This document shows, piece after piece, positions 1 to 11,774 of a stretch of 64,000 nucleotides of DNA (position 1 is the first letter of the stretch; every line of letters begins with the position of its first letter). The notes under the pieces were generated by a model that saw nothing but the letters and a program-made list of their open reading frames with translations, ran no database searches and was not told the DNA's origin. A program made the translations under genes and the position numbers. Source of the stretch: Vitrella brassicaformis CCMP3155 (Eukaryota > Protista > Chromerida); contig CDMY01000447.1 in the NCBI GenBank assembly GCA_001179505.1, positions 310,001 to 374,000 on the forward strand, read 5' to 3'.

Positions 1-801
1 CCCGCAGCCGCCCCCGCACCACCGCCCGCCGTCTCGCCCACCAACAAGCAGACCAAACGGAAAAAGATCAGCAACGCACCCGCAAACTCACCGAGAGCGG
101 GCAAGTCGCCGCCCCCCGCTCTCCCCGTCACCAAGAGCGCTGTACCGCCAGCACCGCCTCAACCACCACCACCCGCCCTGGCTGCTAGCGGTGGTGCTGC
201 GTCGTCCCCAGCTACCGACGAGCGAAACGAGCGAAGGAGTCTGCCGGCAGGGATGCTATCTATGGGAGCCATGCAGCAGCAAGCGCTCGGCGAGCTGCAA
301 GCCGAGGAGGACATGTTGGTGGACCAGTTGACGTCGAACCAAGAGGCTCTTGCTTCACACGCTGTCAGTCTGACGGCAACGGCCGCGGGGCCACCAGGCA
401 TGACGGCTGCGGGTGCTGGTGCGAGCAGCGGTCCGCCAGGGATGGGCCCGTGGCCCTCGGTGCCACCTGGGATGGGAGGGGGTGGTCTTGTAAATGGTAG
501 TGTCGATGTGGGCATGAGTGTGCCTCCGGGCATGGTGCCGCATGCAGGTCAGTCAGTCACGTCACGCAAGACAAGGAAGGACAGGGGGGGATGGATCCAA
601 CAGGATTCTCTGTCTTCTCTCTCATTGTGTGGGGGGGGATGTGTTGTGTTGTGTTGTGTTGTGCAGGTGGCGTGTCTACATCGGAGAGTCAGGGGATGGC
701 TTACGCCTTCCCGGGAGGGCCGACGCAGCAGGGCCAGGCTCTGCTGCCCACACCAATGCGTAAGCGACAGACAGACACCGATGCACTCGATGGACGACAC
801 T

Positions 802-832
<31 letters not shown>

Positions 833-3800
833 GCGCTCAGGCCTGTGCACCCATCTGTATGCATGTCATGTGTCTGATCCAGATGCTCGCGTACCTCAAT
901 CGCAGTGGTACTCTCCCCCGCCCCCTCCCCCACACCCACCCCCTCTCCGTCCCCACCCGCCCCGCAGTATGGATGAGACNNNNNNNNNNNNNNNNNNNNN
1001 NNNNNNNNNNNNNNNNNNNNNNNNNNNNNNNNNNNNNNNNNNNNNNNNNNNNNNNNNNNNNNNNNNNNNNNNNNNNNNNNNNNNNNNNNNNNNNNNNNNN
1101 NNNNNNNNNNNNNNNNNNNNNNNNNNNNNNNNNNNNNNNNNNNNNNNNNNNNNNNNNNNNNNNNNNNNNNNNNNNNNNNNNNNNNNNNNNNNNNNNNNNN
1201 NNNNNNNNNNNNNNNNNNNNNNNNNNNNNNNNNNNNNNNNNNNNNNNNNNNNNNNNNNNNNNNNNNNNNNNNNNNNNNNCCGTCCCCACCCGCCCCGCAG
1301 TATGGATGAGACGCAGCAAAGCCAACTCCCACACGCGTACCACCACCTGCAGCAGCAGCAGCATCAGCAGCAGAGACCCCCGCCCCCCCAATACAGTCCG
1401 CCTCCCGCACCATCTCGTCTGCCAAAGCCGAAGGCGGTCTTCCCCACCGGGCGACCAGCGGCTGGTCCAAACATCCTGGCGCAGCAACAGATGGATCAGA
1501 TCTACAACCACCGCCAGCAGCACCAGCACCAGTCTGCTATGGCCATGCCGGTCGCGCAGCAGCAGCAGCAGGGTCCTGACAACAGCAGCTATGGCCAGCA
1601 AGGGGGCTTCCCCCCTCTCTCTCCGGCGGCGCCCGTGTCTGAAGACTACCATGGTGCCAACTTCAATCACTGGATGCAGCCGCAGCCGCACTCACCCTCT
1701 TCGCAGCTGTCCGCGGACGCCCCGCCGTCCGTTCCCCAGTCCATGTCACTCGATGACCCCTACCAGCACCCCCAGCCAACAGAGCAACCTGATGCACCTG
1801 ACGGCTCGCCCAACTCAGTCATAGCGCCCCTGCCGGTGCCGGTGGAGAGTGGTGGAGGTGCTTTCGATCCGCTGGTAGAGCCCTCCCCGACGGCTTCTTC
1901 TTCCATGGTGCCGTCTCCCGGCAAGATGTTCAGCGACTCTGAAGACTCGCCGATGAAGCGAGAGCCCGACGATGACGATTGGTTGTCGGCAGAGGGAGAG
2001 GGGGAGGGTGAGGGGGAGGGGGATGTCGACGTCGATGGGGAGGAGCAGCGGCAGCAGCAGCGGCTTCCGGCAGACCGGATGGACCAATGCACCACTGGAG
2101 GGCCACGCCCCGGTCGTGGGCTCGGCAGAGGGCTGCTGGAGACCTACCGTCCGTTCAGAGAGCCGTCCATCCCCTTGGACTCTTCTCGTGCCCACAACAA
2201 CGACGGTTCAGGGCCCAGGGCTTGTCTGGTCAAGGTGTCCGGGCCGGACCCGACGAGGGAGTGGACTGCTGCCATGCAGGCTGGGGAGGTGCTTGATGTC
2301 GATGGAGAGGAGGACTGGGGCTCGCCGGGGCCCAGACACCGTTTCCCTGTGGCGGCTGCTGCTTCTGACATGCGCGACAACAATGACGACCCGCGCCCAG
2401 GTGAGAGCTCACACACACACACAGAAGGGAAGGAAAGACGCACTTTGATGACACAACTGGACGGGATGCCTTTGTCTCTCCCTCTGTGTCTGTCGGTGTC
2501 AGTAGATGCTGATGTCGATCGCGATGGCGGCCATGGTGGTGATGCCGACGGGATGAGCTCGGTGGGAGGCGCTGATGTGGAGAGCAGCGACAGACAGACG
2601 GGGGGGCGAGGGAGAGGGAGCGGCGCCGGCCACACAAACACTCGTACCAGTATCTTCCCACCCAGCATCCCTGGTAGACACACACACACACACATACCCC
2701 ACAAGAAATCACACAAGAGGGCACTAAGGCCACACGTGTGTGTGCCTGTCGTGTGTGTCAGGTTCCGACGACGATTATGCACCCAACGATCTCCCATCAC
2801 GCCCATTCCGCGGCGACGAGCCCCTCGATCAACTACCGACGAAGCCCAAGCGGAAGCCCATCGAGCCACCCGGCCAGGAACAACAAGACAGCCCGCCACT
2901 CGCACCTCATCGTCGACGTGACCGCTCCCCAGAGCGTCACCCTGACGACCGCCACTATCAAGGAGACCGTCGAGTCGACCGGCCGCAGAGAGGCGGCGGT
3001 GCTCGTGGGGAGAGGGGAGGAGATTGGCACGAGGATGGCTTCCGTCCAGGTATATATGTGCGAAACTCACGGCAGGCCGAATGAAACCTACCAAACCTAT
3101 CACCACCTCACACGTGTACGTCTCGATGTGTGTGATGCATCAATCATGTCAGGTCTCTCTATTGACCGTTCCCCCTTCGAACCTGTCGATCGCCCTGACC
3201 ATCAGCACAGACCTCCTCCTCTCCTCCGGCACGACTCGCCCGATTCGTCCGATGAACGAGACCGAGACCACCGCATCGAACGGCGCCCCGATCGCCCCGT
3301 CTACCCCGACCAACGAGACCGGTCCAGCGATCGTCCGGGTGCAAGGGGCGACTCCGATGACAGCGATAGCTCACCTGTCCGTCCGCCCTCACGCCGCCAT
3401 CGGGAGGGCAGTGAGAGAGGCTCACTTGCGCCGGTCGAGACTCGGGATCGGAGGCAGGACAGGCGGCGTCTTGGCGAGCCGGGAGAGCGCAGCATATCCC
3501 TCGGTGACCTGCTGCGTGACGTGTGCGAGGGGTACGAGAGATTCTGTCGCCAGGGATGGGGACTGAGGGACCTGCAATTCTGGCAGAAATGGGCGGTGAA
3601 GATTGCGGTCAAGATCGAGAGGGAGGAGCAGCGGGCCCCTCGTCATGAAGCGGAGCAGCTGCGCGGCAACATCGACAAGTTCCTGCTTCATCTGCGGGTA
3701 GGCAGTGCAGTGCATGCCCCACGGACATGTATCGCATCTCCTTTATGTTCTCCTGTCGTCCCTCCCTCCACAGCACATGAGGACCTCTTTGCACCGGCGG

Positions 3801-6520
3801 ATCCAAGACCTGATGCAGCGTCAGCAGCCTGTCGAGTACGGCCGACTGGGGCGCCCACTGTCGCCACACGAGCTGGTATGCCCCCAGAGCCAAACCAGGC
3901 AGCCCACCACGAACACACATGCACACACAGGGCCCACATATCCCATTTCTGCTGCTGCTGCTGTGTCCGTTGTGGTGTATCTACGTCATCAGGGGGATCG
4001 CCACCTCGTCGACTATCGTTCCGGCAGGGAGCCCCGCGACGTCTCTCGTCGGCGAATGGCCCGAAACAGGACCACGACAGAACGTCCCCCCTCTCCTCAC
4101 TCGTCAGACAGCTCCCCACCTGTCAGCCCACTGCCCGCCCATCGTATTCCTCGCCGCCAAGAGGGTCGCAACCCCCGCATGAGTCGCCGTCAGGACGATA
4201 TGCACAGTGAGTACGCTTTCGGGCAGCGAGGTCGGCCGCACGACCACACCATATATGGCGGAGGAATGGCCGGCAGCGAGCGAGAGGCGCCTGCCAGAGG
4301 ACGTGGTGGGCGTTATCATGACGACGACCGATTCATCCCGCCCGCACTTGGACCCTTCGATGAGCGTCGCCGTGAGACCGACGTCCGCAGCGAGCGGCAC
4401 TTCGGACGTTCTGGTCGATCACCGGAGCGCCGCAGTGGTCCCACGGCCAGCCGAGGGCGATACCTTGATGCAGAGAGGGCTGAGAGTGCCCGTGAGGTGC
4501 CGCGGGAAGGGCTCATGCACGATGAGCGTCGCCGCAGCAGCAGAGTGAGCGACTACCACGACCCTGGCCGCAACGGCGATGGCAGCGCCGCCCCCACCCC
4601 CCAAACGGTTATCGGCCCACGCTCGCCCGCTTCGTCCCCTCCGGCATCGCAGCATTCCTCCCGCATCCCAGCAGACCTCGACCAAGACAAATTCACCACG
4701 GGGCGGGGAATGGAGGGCTACATCACCAGGCGGGAAGGCGAGAGCTCCGGTGAGCCATACCATGAGCTCAACGCCTGGGGGCGGTCGGCGGCTGACGTGC
4801 CCGCTGGGTATGGCGGTCAGCAGGAGCGTCATGGGACGGAGGCGTCGCTGTATCGGGCGGGAGAGGACGGCCAGGCGGGCGTTGCGGAGGTCACTGGCAC
4901 TGATTCGCGCAGCTACGACAGGTCGACCATCCTCCGCTTCCGGCAACCTACTGGTGAGGCCCACACATACACACACAGAGCGCAACGGAGAAAGACGCGC
5001 AAACACCCATTCTCTCTGTCTGTCGTGTGTGCGGTGGGGTGCAGACGTGCCAGAGGAGCTGGCCACCATGAAGACGCCCAAGCTGACCCAGAAGGACAAG
5101 CGGGACCTCGCGCGCTCCAAACCGTGGGGCGACCCGAAGGAGTGGGCTGCTCGCCGCGGGGACATCTCCCCCGATTCATCCATGAGCTCACCCTCCTACC
5201 GTCAAGCCACATCAGCAGCAGAGTCCGAGGAGCCGCCGCTCTCATGCGATGCGGCCCGCAAGACTGGCTCGTCTCTCTCGACGTCGAAGAGACCATCCGG
5301 GTGCCGCTGCCACAGCTGCAGGGTGCGTCAGAGGAAGACGCGTCGCAGCCCTCCGCCCCCCAGAACGATGGCAACAAAAACCAGCGGCAGCAGGACTTCC
5401 GCGAGTGGGAGAGGGAGATGGAGAGGGACATGGCGAGGTACCCCAGGCTCGATGAGGAGGCCAAGACGAGGGCCAATCAATAGGCAGCAGCACGGCCGCA
5501 TGCGTCTCGTGTCCAGTGCGGCCCAGGCCACGCTCAGTCCAGCTCCAGCTCGTCATTGCTGATGGACGACCTTCAAGCAGTGCCTCCAGCAACGCCCCCA
5601 TTCGCGCCTGTCGATGCGCGCGCAGCGGGTGGCGCGAGTGGTGCGGATGGAGGCGGGCAACGGGGTGCTGATCATCAGCACCAATACCGGCAGCAGCAGC
5701 AGCAGCAGCAAGAGGAGCATGTGCGACGCCTTCCGCCCCACTTCGCGGGTCCGAGCGGCATCCGCAACTACCTCGCAAAGAACAACAACCAACCACCAAC
5801 ACCAGTGCCCGGCCGCCGCCGGCCCAGCAGCAGGGAGGGAGCATGGTGGATCGGCCCTGGCAGCCAACAGCGGACCGGATTTGGCGCCCGGTCGGGCAGC
5901 CACCCACTGGCCAACAGCAGCAGCAGCAGCAGGCACCCCAGCCGCTGCCAATCACACCCAAGGCAGGAGGGCCTTCTCAGGCGCCATCGTCGGTGGCCAT
6001 GCAGCAGCAGCCGCAACAGCAGCAGGTCCCCCCGCCAGTGCCGGCAAACAATGGCCAGCGCCCCCCACCAGGCGGCGTTGGACGTGGCCGAGGAAGGGGC
6101 AACGGCACTTGGGTGGCCAGGGAGGCCAACAACACCACCATGAGCGGCGCGGGCCGTGGGGCTGACCAGAACAAACCCGCGTGGATGTCGGACCCGGTCG
6201 CAATGGAGCGTGCGAGGCAGTCCAAGGCGATGGAGCTGGCCAAGATGATGCACCAGACAGTCTTCCAGGGCAAACCGCAGCCACCGAGAGAGAAATCGGT
6301 GTGGGCAAAATGCCCCGAGCAGTTCGGGAGGATGATCGTGAGCATGTGCCTGTGCACGGGCGCATTTGTCGACGTCGAGAGCGGAGCCAAGCTGTGCACT
6401 GAGGCATTGCTCAAGATCCTGTTTCCGACAGGGCAGGGGGAGGGAGAGGGGCAGGGGGAGGGGGGTGAGGGGGACATAGCGGGAGCAAGTCAGCCATCGA
6501 GTGCGGCTGATGATGAGTGA
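1..6520 (+). CDS. Large multi-exon low-complexity (Pro/Gln/Arg/Asp-rich) hypothetical protein, 5' end outside window
   Basis: Open frame from base 1. Successive exons join through GT-AG introns (e.g. 2401-2502, 4954-5044). Ends ...GASQPSSAADDE* at 6520. No recognisable family motif. The first N gap lies inside a coding exon. Confidence 0.7.
802..836. repeat. Alternating purine-pyrimidine tract (CA)n(CG/GC)n, potential Z-DNA former, inside an intron
   Basis: cacacacacacacacacgcgcgcgcgcgcgcgcgc read directly from the sequence. Confidence 0.8.
980..1279. other. Assembly gap (300 N), probably a spurious negative gap
   Basis: Exactly 300 N, flanked by an identical 33-nt sequence at 947-979 and 1280-1312. 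Confidence 0.9.
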
Positions 6521-6755
6521 CGGACTCATCGACCGGTCGTGTGCCATCCTTCATGTGTGTGTGTGTGTGTGTGTTATGTGCATGAGGTGATGGCTGTGTG
6601 TGTGTTGTCCCTACTGACTGATTTAACGGCCGCGTGTCTAGTATGTATTTGTCAGCGGCGGACGGGACGGCATTTATGATACACTGCGGGGAGGTGAAAT
6701 AGCGAAACACACCGGTGGCTGGCTGCCAGTGCTGTGTTGTGTTTGGTGTCGTGTT

Positions 6756-6868
6756 GTGTGGTTGCGGCTGTCCCGTTGGCGCATCAGTCGCGTCACTGGT
6801 GTTCGTTCAGAAAACAAGAGCGGATCTGTGATGTGCTGGATGCGCCAACGGTTCAGCCGCAACCACAC
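6756..6868 (+). ncRNA. Long RNA hairpin (pre-miRNA-like or 3'-UTR structure)
   Basis: 6756-6785 pairs with 6839-6868 at 28/30. The inner stem continues with several G:U pairs to a 9-nt loop (6809-6817). Function unknown. Confidence 0.45.
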
Positions 6869-8252
6869 GACCGGCCGAACGAGCGGCGGAGAAGACACAA
6901 GACAGCGGACGACAGAGAGAGAGAGAGAGAGACGAGGGGGTGAAGAGAGGACTTACATACTTGCTCTTACTCGCTGGCTTACTGAGACGCACACATGTGC
7001 CCCACACTCTCTGCCTTCAATCGCACCGCACACGGGATGGACGATGCATCGATCCGTGTACATATATACCAGCTGTATTTGTGATGGGTCGACAGACAGA
7101 CAGACCGACAGACCGACAGACAGACACCGACACAGCGGTGCAGTGCAAGAGCGGTAGGTACCCTGGAGTAGAAGGATGGATGGATGGTGGGTGTGTTAGT
7201 GAGCGGATGCCAGGCGTGGGCCAACTGGACGACATATGGGGCAAGCAAGGCAAGCTACTTGCTTGCTTGTGTGTCGTCCAGGGCGTCTACGTCACTCATC
7301 CGCTCACCCACTCCCCTCCCGACGCACATATACGTACAAAGTGCAGCCTACCTTTCTCCCTCGCTCTTGTATCCACCCATCCAGCCGGCCATGTGGTGGC
7401 GCGCCTGGCTTTGTAGCTATCAATCGATCGCGGGCTGGATTCGCACACACTCACTCACCCGTGCCTGCCTCTGCTGCCTTGCTCGAGCCCCCTTTTGGCT
7501 TGTGCCCTGTCATGCCTGTGTGCGGAACCGCTGCTGCTGCTGCTGCTGTTGGAATGTGATGTGCGGCGTTTTTGCGTGCATTAGGACGGCGGGAGAGAGG
7601 GAGGGAGGGATGGGTGGATGGGTGAGGTAGAGCAAGCCAATGATGGGTGAGAAATGACCACGTGGTGTGTGCAGAGAGGAGGCCTGAAGTGAAGCATGAT
7701 GATGGTGGTGCGGTGTGGTGTTGTTTTGTGCTGCTGGTGGAGTATGTCTGCGTGATGTTCCGTCGCGCCTGGTCGCGCAGTGGAGATGTCAGAGTCTTCC
7801 ACTTATGCAGCTGGGCGTGAGGGCGCGTGATATCAGATAGACCAGCAGCAGCAGAGACCAACACACCCCACGCGACTTGCTTGACCGATCCATTGGTGCT
7901 TTTGCCTGAGAGTACTGCATCCGTCCTGACCCATTAGAGACGATTTTGCGGATCGAGCGGATGTGGTGGACGTCAGTCAGATGAGTGTAGCATTCATTGC
8001 ATTTGGGCGACTCAAAGGAGGCGTGTTGATGTACGTAGAGTGTCACTAAATGATCCGGTCCGTCCGTTCAGTCCACACAACGAACAAAGAGACCGACAAA
8101 ACCGCCGACTGACACTGACATGCACCCCCCTTCCCGCCTACACACCCACACATGGCCGGCCGGCGTCAAAAGGCTTGCTCACTCCTTACCCCAGACAGAT
8201 AAATCCCTCCCTCGCGGACACACGGACACGTACAGCATCGTCATCAATCATA

Positions 8253-9131
8253 TCAGATGGGTTTGGTCTTCCTCTGTCTGCCCACAATCTCCTTGAAGGT
8301 TCGGAACTGCTGCTTCTGCTGCTGGTGCGCCCTCTGGCTGCCGTGCACATCCTCATCGACCGGCTCCCCCACCTGCAGCAGGCACATGGCGACGAATCCC
8401 AGCACCACCACCATCACAATCACAGCCACAGCCACCACCACCGTGTGCGACGTCTCCTGATGAAGGCTCCTGTGCCGCTCAAGCCAGTCCTTGCAGTTGA
8501 GGTGGGAGCAGTACCGCCGCCTCACGTCCACGTGCAGCAGCCGGGCGGTCGACGAGAGGGGAAAGCACCGAGTGACCTCCCTGTCACACAACTCGTGTGC
8601 CGCCTCCAGCTTGTGCTCGTCACACACGCTCGTGGGCTTCCGCCGTCTGTGTGGTGGCCCATTGCAGACGTCAAACACCTCGCAGAGGTCGGCCAGGCAG
8701 TGGGTGGCGTTGTTGATGCTGTCTGGGTGCCGTGTGTCCATGTGGACGTCGATGTAGTACTCGGTGCGGAAGAGCTTCTTGCAGAGGCTGCACTGGTAGT
8801 GGCCGCTCTTGAGCTTCACCTTCTGCGACTCCTGGTAGTGGTAATAGTCGTGATCGGGGTCCATCCCGCACTTGGGCGGCCACTTGAAGCCGACCACCTT
8901 CTTGGCCTGAGGCACGATGTACTCGTGGAGCGCCGCGCGCACCCAACGCGACACCGCCCTCGAGCAGCCGACAGGGCTCTCCTCCTTTGTGTGGTACCGT
9001 GGCGCTGCCGGCCGCTGCTTGTCGGACTTCGAGTAAGAGTGGTGATGCTTCTTGCTGGCGGTGTTGGGGACGAAGAGATGAGGGAGCCAGGCGGCAAGGA
9101 CGAGCAGGAAGCGCCGCCATCTCGTGCACAT
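8253..9131 (-). CDS. Intronless C2H2 zinc-finger membrane protein (signal peptide, Cys-rich ectodomain, C-terminal TM)
   Basis: 292-aa ORF. Hydrophobic N-terminus FLLVLAAWLPHLF. C2H2 motif YQCSLCKKLFRTEYYIDVHMDTRH followed by CLADLCEVFDVC. TM segment VVVAVAVIVMVVVLGFVAMCLL. Confidence 0.9.
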   Translation of the reverse strand: MCTRWRRFLLVLAAWLPHLFVPNTASKKHHHSYSKSDKQRPAAPRYHTKEESPVGCSRAVSRWVRAALHEYIVPQAKKVVGFKWPPKCGMDPDHDYYHYQESQKVKLKSGHYQCSLCKKLFRTEYYIDVHMDTRHPDSINNATHCLADLCEVFDVCNGPPHRRRKPTSVCDEHKLEAAHELCDREVTRCFPLSSTARLLHVDVRRRYCSHLNCKDWLERHRSLHQETSHTVVVAVAVIVMVVVLGFVAMCLLQVGEPVDEDVHGSQRAHQQQKQQFRTFKEIVGRQRKTKPI

Positions 9132-9360
9132 GCTGACGCACAGATGATTTCAAACCATCGCCAACGGCTCGCCGGTCACTGCCGCATCGATGACGGCTCC
9201 AACAAGCCCGAAAAAAGGAGGGGGAAGAGGCAACTCTTTGCGAGCTCAGATGAGGCGGAGAATGAGGAGCACCAAATAACTGGAGGTAGCGATGGGTTCG
9301 TGGATCCGCAACTGCCGCGTGTGTTCCCACACTCCGTTTGCGGCATTCTTCGGCTTCTAG

Positions 9361-10345
9361 GATGACAGTAGTCGCGCCGAGGGACGGTCAGGCCAGGGCC
9401 CTTCTCGCACGCGGCAGCGGGGCAGCCAGCGCAGCGGGCAGCAGTCTGAGGCCACCGTCGACACTGATTTGAGTGCGGCCGATGAAGGGACGGGGCGCAA
9501 GAAGGGGCAGATCCGGTCGGTGGAGGAGATTCAGGTGCTCATCCGGGCCTGGGAGAACTACGTGCACCCCAGGGCCAAGTCCTTCTGGCAGACCTCGGAC
9601 GTGCTCTATCAGATACTTGGTATGCAATGCATGGATGTCAGCACAGACAGCACACAGACAGACAGACAGGAATCGGTCACCGGTCAGGAGACAGACGGAT
9701 GAATGCATGACATGTGCTTTGGTGTGTGTTCTGTGCGATGCGTTGTGCAGCTCAGATTGCTCGTGGCGTGGAGAAGACGGCAGACCCGGTGCTGGGGTAA
9801 GCGGAGAGCTGGCGAAGGCAAGGCAGGCCGTCAACTCACTGTGTGTGTGTGTGTGTGTGTCTGGTATTGCCATCCATCGGTGCCTCCATCCATCCATCCA
9901 TCCATCCATCCATCCATCCATCCATCTCTCTCCAGCGACGACCGTTGCGTGATATGGCAGGGGATGTTGCACAGCGAGGACAAGCGGCCCGTCATCCGCA
10001 TGACCAAACCCGGCGAGACGGTCGAGTCGCAGACATACGTCAACCGGGTGCTCGTGTTCCTCTTCGCTGGTGAGTGGGTGGCGAGGAGGACATGAGATGT
10101 GGTATGATAGAGGGGACTGTCGTCGACCCGACCGCTGTGTGTGTGTTTGGATGTGCAGATGACGACTCATTCAACGAGCTGCAGGAGGTAAACCGAGGAA
10201 GGGGGAGCCACCGGATGGCGTCTTGTCACCTCACCCTGTGTGTGTTGCGGGTACTTCTGTTTTGCAGAAGCCGAAGAAGCCGTTTGCGATGGCGTGTGGC
10301 GACTCCAAGTGCGTCAACCTCACACACATCGCACTCGACGACTGA
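9361..10345 (+). CDS. His-Me-finger / homing-endonuclease zinc-binding-loop-like protein, probably catalytically inactive (start codon not resolved)
   Basis: Phase-consistent exons give ...[52 protein letters not shown]...[47 protein letters not shown]. The CxxWxG and CxxxxCVNxxH pattern resembles His-Cys box/HNH zinc loops. Confidence 0.7.
9885..9925. repeat. (TCCA)n intronic microsatellite, representative of dozens of AC/GT, ACAG/CTGT, TCCA/TGGA, GA and CAGT tracts across the window
   Basis: Seen directly. Similar tracts occur in most introns and intergenic regions (e.g. (GT)n ~10818-10843, (GA)n ~38818-38843, (CAGT)n ~39398-39422). Confidence 0.9.
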
Positions 10346-11774
10346 CCGACATATACACACACATACATACACACACAATACATGTGCCGACGCGGCGGGG
10401 TGGACGGATGCTCTTGCCTTGTCTTGCCTTGCCTTGTCTTCCTCTGGTATGACGTATCGCGCTCTTGATTGACGGATCAAGCGGCTATTTGTGCTGTCTG
10501 GCTGTCTGAAATGGACGGATGGATGGATGCTGAGGTTTAAGTTTCCGGTTTGTCTCTCTGTCTTTGGAGGTCTCACTAGACGCTGCCTGTCTGTCTTGCC
10601 TGCACGCGTGTGTGCCCGCCCCCTGTTCGACCGGCTCCGTGTACCCGCCCTTGGTGACACTAATGCGGCGGGGCATGTTGCCTTGTTGTCTTGCTGCCTT
10701 AGCTCGCTAGGACCCTCCCTGCCTATGCCCTCTCACACACATCTATCTCTCTCTCCCAACCTTTTTTGTGTGCCCTTGCCCCGCCCACCCGTCCGTCTCT
10801 TCGCCATCGGTGTGGGGCGTGTGTGTGTGTGTGTGTGTGTGTGTCTGAGTCTGATGGAATGGCTTCGTGCTGACGATGGGTACGACTTTATTGAGTAGCC
10901 CATTCTTGATCTGCGTGACTGGGGGTATGGTGCTGCGGTGCTGTGCGTGGAGTCCTGCCTGCTTTGTCTGTGTGTGTGTCTCTCTCTCATTGCGGTGTGC
11001 TTACTGTATGAGCTCACGGTCGCTATGCCATCGTCCTCCGCAATGAACACTAAGACAACATACTCCTTTGAAGCCACACACACTTTTCTCCGTAGGACAG
11101 ACAGACACACAAACACGCCGAGAGATGTGGCTGAATGGATGGATGGATGGATGGGCGGTGTGTGTTTATTGCTGGTGAGGGGGCGGGTGCCTGGGCGTCG
11201 GCCCTGTCTGTGCGCCGGTGGAGTGGGGGAGCGACCCGGGCGAAGGAGAGGCGCGCATGACCGTGTGCCTTCCCGATGCTTCCAAGCGCGCTTCCGCAAA
11301 CCACGGGCGCACAGGCAGCCCGGCCCATGCACGCCGCGCCGCCGAGCACACAGCACAGCACAGCAGTGGCCAAGTAGCTAGCAATTATGCGAGACGAGGG
11401 CATGGCCACGGTGACCCCATCCATCACAGTCAGTATACATACGATCGGTATTTGTACAGATGCGGTGTATCGATCGATCGATGTGTGGATGTGTGGACAC
11501 CCCCTTACATGTGCTGCATCCATGGCTTATGTGGTGCATGATGGACCGAATCCGTGTCTCTCTGCACGATGTCAACTGACTGCTTCACACTGGTCAACGG
11601 AGTAGCACACACCCGCCATATTTGAGCGGAGTTGTTGCGGGCGAGAGACATGGGCAACACACAGAATCATCTTACATACAGATTGCCGCCCGATGAGATC
11701 TTTGATTTTGCGATTCTCTGGCGTCGTTCCACCTTGGATGGTGGTGCACGCCACCCCCGAGCACTGGCAAGTTC

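Noticed and set aside
6756-6868. SECIS interpretation of the hairpin
   Set aside because: No AUGA/GA kink-turn quartet at the required position, and no in-frame UGA selenoprotein evident upstream.
6900-8250. Exon-like fragments between the hairpin and the C2H2 gene (e.g. SPKCNECYTHLTDVHH on the - strand)
   Set aside because: I could not build a phase-consistent model with start and stop on either strand. It may be UTR or an unresolved small gene.
8040-9365. 441-aa + strand ORF overlapping the C2H2 gene
   Set aside because: Antisense shadow of a codon-biased gene. The - strand frame carries the recognisable motifs.
11010-11418. Imperfect ~22-nt inverted repeat encoding TVAMPSS on opposite strands (about 11015-11036 and 11393-11414)
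   Set aside because: It has 4-5 mismatches in ~22 nt; roughly one such local match is expected by chance in 64 kb of GC-rich DNA. The mismatches do not form RNA pairs and the similarity does not extend.
10480-11560. Possible small - strand gene between the His-Me gene and the coiled-coil gene
   Set aside because: Short non-repetitive blocks with plausible splice signals exist, but I found no coherent ORF or motif.
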